The translations under genes and the position numbers were made by a program. Below the pieces are notes generated by a model. That model saw only the letters and a program-made list of their open reading frames with translations, had not been told where the DNA came from and ran no database searches. Positions 1 to 11,340 of a stretch of 64,000 nt of DNA are shown in pieces. Numbering within the stretch: position 1 is the stretch's first letter; each line of letters begins with the position of its first letter. The DNA comes from Obrimoposthia wandeli (taxonomy: Eukaryota): assembly GCA_977020255.1 (NCBI GenBank), contig CDROCS010000757.1, positions 62,001 to 126,000 of the forward strand, given 5' to 3'.

Positions 1-291
1 GATTCTCTTCAGAGATATGTAAGAAATTTTTATAATATGGAAAGAGTTTTAAAAAGAAAATTATGTAATACATTAAAGAGGCTTCAAATTATACGAGTTA
101 TGAAACCTGTAAAAATAGGAAATGTGGAAAATAAAATTAAAAACATCGTCTGTGATACGTCGGGGTTAATATGGATTTCTTTAGTCTTTTTAATCACTTT
201 TGAGATTGGCTGTAAAATTTCATTCTTATTAACACACAAAAAATCGATAGGGAGATAGCCCCCTCTCTTCGGGTGGGGGTAGATTATACAG

Positions 292-407
292 GACACACAT
301 GTACGAAATTTCCCTTTACAAACATAGACGTTTTAAAGGACAGTGGTAACCCCCTTACCCCAGGGTAGGGGGGAAGGGGTGGATTAGACCGGACATTTCC
401 ATCTACT
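292..407 (+). mobile_element. Solo Polinton/Maverick-type terminus, family A (right end, element lies to the left)
   Basis: The blocks GAAATTT...GTTTTAAAGGACA...GTGGATTAGACCGGACATTTCCATCTACT match the TIR of the 12938-13106 element. It ends CTACT at 407, directly abutting mariner coding sequence. Confidence 0.75.
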
Positions 408-858
408 TTAGGCACATGGGAAATTTGGTTTCAAAAGCTGAAACGAAAATCATTTTTGCACCGCTATCTTACTGGTGACGAAAAATGGATTGGAAAATAC
501 TGCGCATTGCCAAATGTCTCAAACAAATGTTAGAACTGCTTCGATGGGATGTGTTACTTCGCCCAGCATTTTTGCCAGAAATTGCTCAACCAGATTCCCA
601 TTTATTTCGATCATTGTACCATGCCATTCAGAACAGCACTTCAATTCTAATGGAGATTTCAAAACTTGACTTGATGATTGGATCGCTTCAAAAGAATCAG
701 ACCTTTCGATAGTGGAATTCATTTATTACCTAAAAAGGGTAAAATGTTACAGCTAGCGAAAGACATAGCTTGGTAAAAAAATCGTCTTCTTGTTTTATTA
801 TTATTAACATTATTGATTATTTTGAAAACGGCTGAAACTTATTCAAGTATCCAGTAAT
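408..858 (+). mobile_element. Internally deleted mariner transposase remnant
   Basis: Translates to KRKSFLHRYLTGDEKWI (mariner TGDEKW motif). After a deletion it reads LELLRWDVLLRPAFLPEIAQPDSHLFRSL, resembling the canonical HPPYSPDLAPSDYHLFRSL. A TIR-like end lies near 820-858. Confidence 0.8.
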
Positions 859-2804
859 GAAAAGTTATGGGAATATATGAATTTTAGTTGGTAGTTGATC
901 AAGTCAATGAGCAATATCTTCAAGTTGTGGTTTCACTATAAAATATCTCTATTTTAGTTTTAAAAATTTCCATTTGTTCTATAAATATTTTTAACAATTT
1001 TTTTCGTTTAAATTCAAACAAAATTCTGTAAATTTATATTATCGCCATCTTGAAGTATATAATTTTGTAGTAATACAACAATAAAAAGTGCGTAATATTT
1101 CGATAATACTGCGATATTATATAATTTGACATCCCTCTCTCTTCGCCGATTCCAATGTGGTAAGGATAGGCTTAGACCAGTCATTCTCTAATGGGATCTA
1201 ATGACTACAACTTTGATGTTAGTTGTCCCGGAATATCCCACAATGTCTGCTTACTAATTAAATTAAATATTTGTTGGATCGTCTTTTCTTTAATAAGATT
1301 TCCATTTTAGAATTTATCCAATTTCTATGACCTGGAATCGACTTTTCAAAGAGACTTTAGGGTAATCATTGTTACAAATTTGACGAAAAGCAAGATGAGC
1401 TTTGGTATTTCAGACGATCCATGCCGATAGCTCTTTTGGTCTGGTTCTTCGAATCCAGAGTATCAACAGCAATGGTATTTTGAATAGGCCTGCCAACCCC
1501 ATTTAACAGGTTTTCCTCTTAATCTGATCTATTCAAAATATCATTTCTCAATTATTTCCTCATTTCTTTAATTTTTTGCATTTTAAAACATACAAATCTC
1601 ATTTTATAAAACAAGTTAATTGTTACTTTTACCATCATATGGTTTAAGATACATTCCCAATCTAAGTCTACGTTCTTTATTTTACATATACAAACATTCT
1701 TTAAACGTTCAGAAACATATTTATTATCCATTTTTATTTTCTATATTATTTGTACCTACCAAATTTTTCAAAGAATAATTTGCTTCGTTTCCCTTGATAA
1801 GGATTTAAATGTATACCCTTTTCTTTTTCAAGTTTCATAATATTTATTTCGTTTTGTAATTTATGTTTCCCTAAATCTACTGTTTGTGCGTTTTGAACAA
1901 CTGTAGCAATTCCATCCACAACATAAGCTGAAATCCTACAAAACATTTATAAAATTATGCTTCACATTCAAACTCTGAATTTAATGTTCAATGTTTAAAG
2001 AAAGTATGTAGCAGTACAACAGGCGGTGGCTATGACATCCAAACCAATAAACGTATCCGAAAGCATATATTCAACATCTCGAACAATCTTCAAAATACTT
2101 CATATCAACAAACGCAAAATAACGAGGAGGACTTGGACTGCATTCTGCATATGACGTCATCAAAATTAATTACTGAAGAAACTGGATACTAATGATTGTG
2201 TTGCCGGTGTGACGTAGAGAAATCCTCAGCTTTAACCTACAATCGACACTGCTCTACAGTGGGTAAATAATAATATAGAAACACGAAAGGGTCACATTCA
2301 TACATGATGATCAAACATTTAAGGATCAATCAATGAATTGAAAAATGACACAATATTTTTTTGTGGAATTTTCATGTTTTTAAGATAAATTCAGTGTAAA
2401 GATTAGTGCCGATATATTAAAGAAACTTCGAAAGACAAAAGAAACAACAACTATGAAAATACTTAGCAGAACTCGTTGGATATTCGTACTACATCAAATG
2501 GTCCAGTTTAAAGTCACAAGGCAGCTTGGTTCAAACAATACTGGGTTGCAGTATAAATATGCATGTAATATGCACCCGAATGACTGGAAATTTATTAACT
2601 AAGCTAGAAACAATATACCCCAATTGAAATATTCTTGTATAATTACCCAAATATAACGTAAATGACTTTGTTTATAATGAAAAACATAGTAATAAAAATC
2701 TATTAAAACATAAAAATAATTAACGTATTCATTTTTTCTCGTTAATGTTGCTATGTGGTTTCAATTCTCCTATGAAAATTAAAATAAATTATATGAAATG
2801 TAAT

Positions 2805-3096
2805 AACACATGTAATCTCACCCGNNNNNNNNNNNNNNNNNNNNNNNNNNNNNNNNNNNNNNNNNNNNNNNNNNNNNNNNNNNNNNNNNNNNNNNNNNNN
2901 NNNNNNNNNNNNNNNNNNNNNNNNNNNNNNNNNNNNNNNNNNNNNNNNNNNNNNNNNATAGTATTTGTGTGATAAGTAGCACAAACTGACTTCTTAGAGG
3001 CATCAATGGCCTTTAGCCAAATGAGATGGAGCAATAACAGGTCTGTGATGCCCTTAGATGTCCGGGGCCGCACGCGCGCTACAATGGCAGTACTCA
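2805..3096 (+). rRNA. 18S: Isolated 18S rRNA gene fragment (pseudogene/orphon), central part is an N run
   Basis: ACTTCTTAGAGG...GCAATAACAGGTCTGTGATGCCCTTAGATGTCCGGGGCCGCACGCGCGCTACAATGG is a conserved 18S segment. Upstream of the Ns, AACAC..G.AATCTCACCCG is the metazoan 18S segment that normally lies about 130 nt earlier. Flanks are AT-rich non-rDNA. Confidence 0.9.
2825..2957. other. 133-nt N run (gap or hard mask)
   Basis: Seen directly; both flanks are 18S sequence. Confidence 0.95.
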
Positions 3097-3349
3097 AATA
3101 TTTTGAAAGTAAATTGCATATTTTATCCTCATAAATTTCGGGAATGTCGTTTATTGAGAAATAATTTTTTCATAATCTTCATTAAATCAGGAGACAATTT
3201 AATGTATAATTTATTCCAATTTATTTTATCATCCATATTATATAAACCTCATATATAAAATTGTTTATACTTAATATTTTTTATTTATTCAATAACAAAA
3301 TAATAATAACGATAAAAAAATCAAAAGAAACATATTTTTATAAAATTTA

Positions 3350-3664
3350 TTTTTAGACGAAAGACCCTTTTTGGATTGAATTTGAAGAATCCTTTTTCTT
3401 TCAGCTCTGCGTTTATCCTCCATCTCCACCTTTTTTAATACCAATTGACGTTTTTCCAAGTCCACCTTCTTATTTCAGTACATGACCCTTCTTCGTTCAG
3501 CAAGCAGGCCTGTCCCGAATATCAACCTTTCTATTCCACTCAGTCGCGACAGTAGCATACAAACTTTGATTCAAATACTTCTTTCGTAGGCCTCTTTTCT
3601 TTATATCCTTCCGGATATTCTCCTCTATCTTTGTGACAATCTGCTTCATTTGAATAAATTCCAT
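3350..3664 (-). pseudogene. Small Lys/Glu-rich ORF remnant with TATA box; homolog at 58350-58743
   Basis: Reads MEFIQMKQIVTKIEENIRKD...LYATVATEWNRK with frameshifts. TATATAAAA lies about 40 nt upstream of the ATG. It aligns by eye with MELPEMKRNLERIEKNYK...LYAARTEWKEK at 58743(-). Confidence 0.45.
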
Positions 3665-3856
3665 TTTTTTAAATAATGAAATGATAAATAAAGTTGAACC
3701 TTTTATATAAATTTGAAATAATTTTAATCCAATTATATTCTTTGAATAAATAAATGTTTAAAAGAAATTTTAAAGAAATTAACTTTAGTTAAATATATCT
3801 AAATAAAAAGGCAATGTTTAAACAAATTAAAAGAAAAAAACAACAAAAACTAAATG

Positions 3857-5342
3857 TTACTTCTTAAAAATTATATTTTTTTGAAAACATTTGACGAAGT
3901 CATCATAATGATCATTCTCATCAAGATCCCTCCGACATATAGGGAGATGTTCTAATAATACTGTCTGCTTCTTTTTGGTCGACCAGGCTTCTTCTTCGAC
4001 TGGACAACTACTGGTGCAGAAATTGTCGTCCAATTCTTCTTCCGTGGAGCCTTTTATTTTCTTCTCCTTCTCACGCTCCAGCTGTAGTGCTACTGCACCA
4101 TATTGTCGGTGGAAAACAGGATACATGGCCGGTTGCTGTGGACTCTTCAGTACTCCAGTACTGCCAGAAAATCGTGCAATCCAGCATCGAGTCAGGCCCT
4201 CTTCAAATTCCGGCTTGTGAATGCCACAGAAAGAAGAGATGCAGCCTTTCAAGCTATCGTCAAGTATTGACTGATGCTGGATTGCTGCTGAATAACAGGT
4301 GGTCTGATGGAATAGAGTTGACTAGAAATGTCTCCTGCAGATGACACTGGCTGGGAGGAGGAGTTATACTGATCGGAGCAACGGGTATTCTCTGGTACAA
4401 GATCGGCCCTTCGTCGACTGGATATTGTAGAATCTCCTGCATTCAAATCGCCACCTCGGTAGACTCGAGCAGATTGATGGTCACCTTCTTCTTCCTTTTC
4501 TTCTTGTGCACCACCGCTCGCTACTTGAACCTTGATGGAAGCCTTTCCCTGCAGGTTCTCCTTTAACTACGCTTGAACTGGTTCCTGCATTAAAATATAT
4601 TAATATTTTTTAAATATTAAAAAATCACCTCTATTATTGGTCATTTTGCCTGTTTTCACGTTCTTGCTTCGGACGATTTTCTGCATTACCTTGTGTATCT
4701 TCTGCACAACTGCTTGTTTCCGGTCCACCGATAATATAGGAGCCATCTCTTCTAACACGTCGGCTTCATAAATGAATAATTAATTATATTTTCTAAATAA
4801 TTTCCCCGAATTTTAACGAAGGACGCTAGATATCGCAGTTGAGTCCTTGGCAACTCATGGCTATATTGACTATCGATTATCTCTGGTTCTAGCAGTATCT
4901 CCACTGATTTCACCGACAGTGCCATATCCAGTTGAAGTTTCTGTATAAAATTCAAAATAAATGAATTAAATAATCCAACCTCATGTGTTGCCTTTATTCT
5001 CCTGCCTCGTCTTACGGGAGTCTGTGGCCTCCTGAATACTTCAGGCATTGTATCGTCTGCAGTAGTAGTCAGAGTAGCAGAAGAGGTAAGACCATCCCAT
5101 TCGTCCCATATTTGTCCAACGATGATTGAGTCGTTTGTGGCTGGAGCACTGTTGCTTACAGGCAGACTTGACGTGTACCACTCGTTGAGGAAAGGAGTGA
5201 GATTCTCTACTTTGTCAAAGTTGACCATGAAACTGTCACTGATTTGTCGGGCTACAGTATCGTATGGGAGAACCGGAGCCACGCCATCATATTCATCGAT
5301 GTAATGATTAAGATCCTGCTCCTGAGTCCCGCTTCTGCTCAT
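3857..5342 (-). pseudogene. Multi-exon low-complexity ORF of unknown function adjacent to a Polinton-type terminus
   Basis: GC-richer open frames (ORFs 4752..5342, 4249..4446, 3857..4252) are separated by short AT-rich GT..AG introns at 4941-4979 (39 nt) and 4585-4628 (44 nt). A third, degenerate intron lies near 4764-4805. Stops and frameshifts are present. Confidence 0.45.
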
Positions 5343-5607
5343 GCTTCATTATATTTCATACAACTCGTATCATTCGCCGTCGGTTCTTCGAAAAGATCCT
5401 CGTCAGCCTGGCCACCTTGACCACCATACTATTCACCGCCAGTAAACTGTTCTTGTGCAGTTGAAAAGTGTATGTATGTATGAGAACTTGTATAGATTTT
5501 TATATTGTTTGAGTAGGTCATGGAGTTATATAATAATACTGTTGCGCCCATTTTGGTCGCTCGGAGGGGCGCGTTGGGTTGGCTGCACCCACAAGGCATA
5601 AAAGCAT

Positions 5608-5693
5608 GAAATTTCACTTCACACACATGCACGATTTTAAAGGACGATGGGAAAGGGAGGGGGAGTGGATTAGATCGGACATATCCACCTACT
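5608..5693 (+). mobile_element. Solo Polinton-type terminus, family A (right end)
   Basis: GAAATTTCACTTCACACACATGCACGATTTTAAAGGAC...GTGGATTAGATCGGACATATCCACCTACT; followed by GATGCG. Confidence 0.85.
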
Positions 5694-7899
5694 GATGCGA
5701 TACATTATAAGTTGCATTTCCTGAAAATAGCTGTTAATCCATGTTGACTAAAATTTATGTTGTATTTTGTTTTCTTGATTTCTATATTATAGTAAAACAG
5801 TTCTTAAGTAATTATTTATTATCGGAATTCAACATTAGAAAGATTTAACTGTATTTCGTAGATTAATGAAATTATTTTTAAGCAGAACGACAGCCTCAGG
5901 GTCGGTGTATCACGATAGGTAAGGTCAGCGCGACAAAGTGAGCTATATTACGATATTAAGGTAACTATAAGAAAGCTCCTGTCCATCGAGTTATGCAGTT
6001 TCATTAGGAAGACTTAATTAGATTTTCGACAATAATATACTTAGAAATTACAAATTTTCACGGAAAATCTGCATCAACTAGAGGATGATAAAATCATTCA
6101 TATGAGGATTAATTGAATCGATGACGATTTCCCAAGAGGTAGGGTTATACGAGTACTAATGTATGTGAATGATGGCTTTTACCTGATGGTTTTGATCGGA
6201 TTCGGGACATAATCAGATGACTGGAATGTTGGGAGAAACTGGATGATGATATTGTCGATTCTTAATTATGGACACTGGTAAAATATTTCCCCAGGCAATT
6301 ATAATCTCAAAACTGAAGCTCGTTATTTAAATTAAAGCGGATAGTTTATAATTCATTATTAAAATCCAATACTTATATTTTTAATTTAACTGGCTAATGC
6401 CAAAATTACACCCCCTATATAATTATAACTTTGAAATTCTACGTTACAGAATTATAAAAGTCAACCAAATAAAACACTGCAACGTAGAATATTTATTAAA
6501 AACATACTTCATAAAAATTCACCCAAAATCATTAAAATTGACAAATAAAATTTCCATATTTAATCACATTTCTGAAAAAAAAACCCAAAAATTTTCTTAG
6601 GACAGAGTAAAATTGCCACACCATAATTAAACAAATGCATTAACGAAAATTCACTTCAAAATATCATTACTGGTTCAAAATTGTGGTCTGTATGGAAAAT
6701 ATATATGCTGCATCCATAGTGCGACACAAAAATGTCTCCATATCGACATTTTTACATTAAACGATTCAGATTATACTTTAATAACTTGTCATTTATATAT
6801 ACGATAAATTGAATAAAATTTTAATTTGGTTCAAAATGTATCCTTGGTAATATATGTTTTAAATTTCTTTATATTGATACCGATTTTATTATAATAAGTA
6901 ATATGATTTAAAAAGTTTCTTTATAATGAACTATTATAGAACGCAAAATGTTTAAAAAAATGAATTGCTATAGCGACAAGAAATGTTAGAAATTATGATG
7001 TGAAGGAAATTCCCCAAATATGACATCAAAATTAATTAAAAGATTCCGTTAAATGGTTAGAAAATTTCTTAATGTGTTTTATAATTATTAATAAATAACA
7101 ATGGATGTTCTGGTTAGTAAAAATGGCCTTGAAGGGCTAGATAGATATAATTATTTTTGGGACAATGGAAGATACATAACATTTATTTCTGAATAAAATT
7201 TATTCACGAAAGTGACACTTTCCGGAAATATCATTCATTGGTGGAGAACTAAAGAAGGAGAAATGAGTTATTTTGTTAATGGAGAATCTTTTAAATGAAA
7301 AACTGCGAAATATTTCTCACTCATCTTTATTAGATGGAAATAATATTGCTTATGTATATTTTGGTCGTCTTAATGCCCAAATCTCAATATTAAATAAAAT
7401 ATTTGGGGAAAATTCTCAATTAGAATTTACAAGAAGAATTCTAGATTTAAACGTGTAATTTTTAACGAATGGAATACGTTGGCTACAAATCACAGAAAAT
7501 AATAGGAAATACAATATAAATTTGAATTAAATATATGTGATATTTTACACTTTTAAAATTTTTAAGTCATTACAGTATAAATTTGTAGTTTCATACAAAA
7601 CTGTGAACAAGGAAATCTCTAGAAATATACAATATTGTAAGAATTCATTCAGCGTCTATGATTAGCATCTATGTCTAGATATAGCTATAGTGAATTGAGA
7701 TATTTCGAGTTTTTTATGACGAGAATGGCGATGCCGAAAATTTATCAAGATTTTAGTTATTAGTGGAATTTTGACAGTTTTGGTAAATTATTAATTAATT
7801 TTTTGTTTAAGTTCGAGTTTAGCCCGTGTGACTCAATCTATAAATGGTAATCGTTTTGTTAAGATTAGGAATTTATAAAATTAATTGACTATTGATAGG

Positions 7900-9004
7900 A
7901 AAAAGAAAAAACCTTGAATTAAAGGTTAAATAAATTAAATAGAAATTAAAATGAAAAATAATAAAGTTTATTTGAAAAACAAAATAGTTTAGGACCTTGA
8001 AGCGGTCATGTGCGTTGCGTGATATATAGGTAAGTTATTAAGGAAGTAAAATTGAACAGAAAATCAAAAATCAACCAAAAAAGGAATTTAAATTAGTACT
8101 TAGGAAAAATTAACGAAGTCAATTTCGTTGACAAAATCCATTACAACTGGGAACCGACTGCTGCCAGCCAGACTCGACTGGAGTGGAAAACCATTATCAG
8201 AAGAAAAATCTCCTGGGAATCAAGCCAGCCGCCAGACATCCTCAATTTAGAAGTTCGTCTGGAGGTAAGTGCCCCTTAATTAAGTTGTATCAATTAATTA
8301 TTTTAATTTTAGAAAAATTATATAAACGAAGAGGAAGAGATATTTAAACACAAAAAGAAAATTTATTTGACAGTGGAAAAGTCGTTCGACAAATCATAAG
8401 ATCCGGAGATATATTCTGAAATTGCAGCAGAACCAAAAGTCATTCAATAAATCACAAGATCCTGGACTAGAGAATATTCATAAAGAGATGAGGCAAGAAC
8501 GTAGGTCAGAGTCACCGTAATATAACCGAAATTTCGCAGAATATTCACTGCGATAGAGGACAATCCGGTCAACCAAATTTGAGGAGGAAACCAATCGCGA
8601 CAAAGGATATCAGGACGCAAGAATCTCGACAGAGACAGCTACCAAACTCCGTGGACCTACCGGAAAATTCACTAACATATTAGAGTGAGGTGAGAGGTTG
8701 TCGTTTAAAACGTTTTGCGTAAAGAAAAGTAATTGTCTCATGTAAAAGGAACTGATTTGAAATATAAAAGTAAAAGTATTTTATTAAAAATCTTGTGCAA
8801 AGAAAAGGCAATTGTTAGTCTCGTATAAATAAGAAGTATTCTGTTAAACAGATTAAAGAGTACAAGAAAAAATTATTGTGTTAAAGTCTCGTGAAAAGAA
8901 TTAGTATTAGTTGAAGATATCGAAGAAAATAACGTATGCTATTCGACTAAGGAGCTACGTATACAGGGAAGATAATTAGTATAGGGTCATCTCATTTCTC
9001 GGTG
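7900..9004 (+). repeat. Unclassified, LTR-like repeat (5' part), interrupted by the 9005 and 12938 insertions and resuming at 12912-13400
   Basis: Shares segments with 48660-49870: AAAGGT..AAT.AATT.AATAG; TAGAAGTT..GAGGT.AGT splice donor; and AACCTTCAGATT.GAGACT..TAGGCCAC.TCCATCTGTAAG.CCTAT.G.TACAGAACTC at 13310-13390 versus 49775-49855. Contains a short GT-AG intron starting near 8265. Confidence 0.4.
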
Positions 9005-9639
9005 AGTAGTGAGATATGATGACTTCGACTGATGGTTAAAGGATACCCCCTAGCAAAAACTGATTTTTTTAAATAAAATTGCGCGAAAGTTTTTTAGAAT
9101 TTTTTTTAAGGCAGATGTAGGTCAAGGTCAAGGTCAAAATTTTCTCGAGTAAATATGATATTTTAAGGTCAAAGTCATTTGAAAGTCATTATGTACTATA
9201 GTAGATCTATTTTAAGCTATTTTTTGTTTGGCGCGTATTCAAATTTCGGTTGATTCATGGTGTTTTCCCTCAAATTCTGAAGGTCATTAACAATTAAGGT
9301 TATAATTTTTTAAATTGCACATGTTTATAAAGTCAAGGTCATGATCTAGTATTTAAAAAGTTCTTTTGTTTTAACACATCAATTTTGATGCGCGCAAATT
9401 CAAAAGATTTGCGCGCGAAAACATATTTTCTAAGAAATTTTTGTAAAACTTATTTAAAAAAATTTCAACTACTTTTATTTGAGAGTAGAAAAAGTGTTTC
9501 TAATATTAAGGTATTTATTACACATAACTTGCAAAAGTACATTTTTAAACCTATGAGTTAAACAAGTAAATAGAGATAAAGAGAGATAGTAAAGAATAAT
9601 TTTTATTAAAGATACATACATTGTTACACAATAATCTCT

Positions 9640-10234
9640 TCATAATATCATAATCTTCATTACTTCGATAAATCTTCATTATCACAATCATTCTTCTCAT
9701 CAATGCAATCCTTCAGCAGCATGTTGTCTTCGTCATAATCCAGCATCTAATCTTCATTTCTTCAATCCTTCATCGCAATCATCTATCTTTTCTTCATCTT
9801 AATCCTCCATCTTCTTCAACATCCTCATCTAAAAATATTTATTTACAAAATAATTATCACAATCTTACCTGGAAATCTGACATCAATTCATCTTACCATC
9901 TTCGTCTCATCAATATAATCCATCATCGCAATCACTCATCTTATCTTCATTATCACAATCTCTCATCATTCATCTCATCATCTTCATTATCGCAATTTCT
10001 CATCTCATCATCTTCATTTCTGCTATCCTTCATCTTTCATCGCAATCATTCATTTTGTCTCCATCATAATCTTCATCTCAGCATTGCAATCCTTTATTAT
10101 CTTCATCTTGTCTTCATCGCATTCCTGCATATAATCTTCATCTTCTTCATCTTCATCATCTAAAAATAATTACTTACAAGATATTTAATGAAAACTTACC
10201 TACAATTGGAAATCAATTCATTATTAATCGCCAT
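9640..10234 (-). pseudogene. Decayed spliced Asp/Glu/Cys-rich repeat ORF (DCDNED-like repeats), partly duplicated in the right TIR (11923-12230, +)
   Basis: Begins ATGGCGATTAATAATGAATTG, followed by two about 40-nt GTAAG..TTTTTAG introns. Exon fragments include DDEDEEDEDYMQECDED, RNCDNEDDE and KDCIDEKNDCDNEDLSK. Many frameshifts. Confidence 0.5.
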
Positions 10235-10589
10235 ATTGTATTTTCAAATTTTATTGTTGATTATTTTCAAAATTAATTATTTAAAATAAAATCAATTATG
10301 TTTTAAATTACTAATATAAATAATTGGAAATATTTATTAAGTTAAAATCGTTAATATATTTTATTAGTTACTTAAATTACTAATAATATAATTTGAAATA
10401 TTTATTAATTATAATAATCAATACATTTTAAAATATGCAGAGAAATATATATATTATGTATTGATTCATACATGTTCAAAGAGGGAAATTAACAAGGTGT
10501 TTACAGAGGAGAATTCCCCGAGAAGGGTTATTTAGTGATATTATTCAATTGTTTATCCTTTGAAGCTTGATTCTAATTGGCTGATGATG

Positions 10590-11340
10590 TTGTTTATGTA
10601 AATGACATAGAAGACAAATTGATGGATCAGATGAGATATTAGCCAGATGGTTCTAGAAGATAAATTTATGATATTTAAAAGATTTAACGAGAGTATTGCT
10701 TTCAGAAGAGATAAAATGTAGTCTTAAAATGGGTTTACAGGGGATTTATCAGGGGTGTTGATTACAGAATAGAAATTATAACCTGTAAAAGGGTTCAGAG
10801 GGTGATTCAAGATGTTTCAGAAGAGGAAATTAGTAGGTTTTAGAAGAAAATTTAGATATTATCAACTTAGAAGGATTTTAGAAGGGAAACTTACGTAGAA
10901 GACAAATTGTTGGTTCAGAGGTGTTATTACCCAGATGACTCTAGAAGATAAATTTATGATATTTAGATGGTTGATAAGCAATTTCAGGAAATTATTTAAT
11001 AGAGATACGAAAATAAATTAACAAGGAAATTGAGGTATGTAGGTGATTAAGAAGAGAAAATATAGAAAGAGGACTCAGAGAGGGAATTAATGGGAGAGTC
11101 CATGGGTTTCAGAAGATAATTAATAGTCTTTAAAGAAGGGTTCAGATTTTTACCCAGATGGTTCTAGAAGATAGAATTAGGGGTTTTAGAAGCAAATTTA
11201 AGCATAGATATTAACAATTTAACAAGAGTTTAGAAGGGAAAATAACATAGAAGTCAAATCACTGGTCAAGAGGAGATATTACCTAGATGCTTCTAGAATA
11301 GAAATTGATGATATGTAGGTGATTAAGAAGTAAATTCATG
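10590..11340. repeat. Degenerate purine-skewed internal repeats (about 230-350 bp period)
   Basis: The motif (C)CAGATG..TCTAGAAGATA(A/G)A(T/A)TT recurs near 10640, 10930, 11155 and 11283. TAGAAG(A/T)CAAAT recurs near 10608, 10896 and 11248. Confidence 0.6.

Noticed and set aside
37-258. 73-aa ORF next to the family-A terminus
   Set aside because: No recognisable motif or clear promoter; length is within chance range for this composition.
1100-2000. Possible retroelement or piggyBac coding remnant (LRGKPVKWG, DIVG)
   Set aside because: Motifs are too short and mutually inconsistent to assign a family.
2152-2159. Full CRE palindrome TGACGTCA (attractive next to a PKI-like gene)
   Set aside because: A single 8-mer is expected by chance about once in a window this size, and it is 17 kb from the first candidate exon.
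2745-3097. ORFs spanning the N run
   Set aside because: Artefacts of X-translation across masked rDNA.
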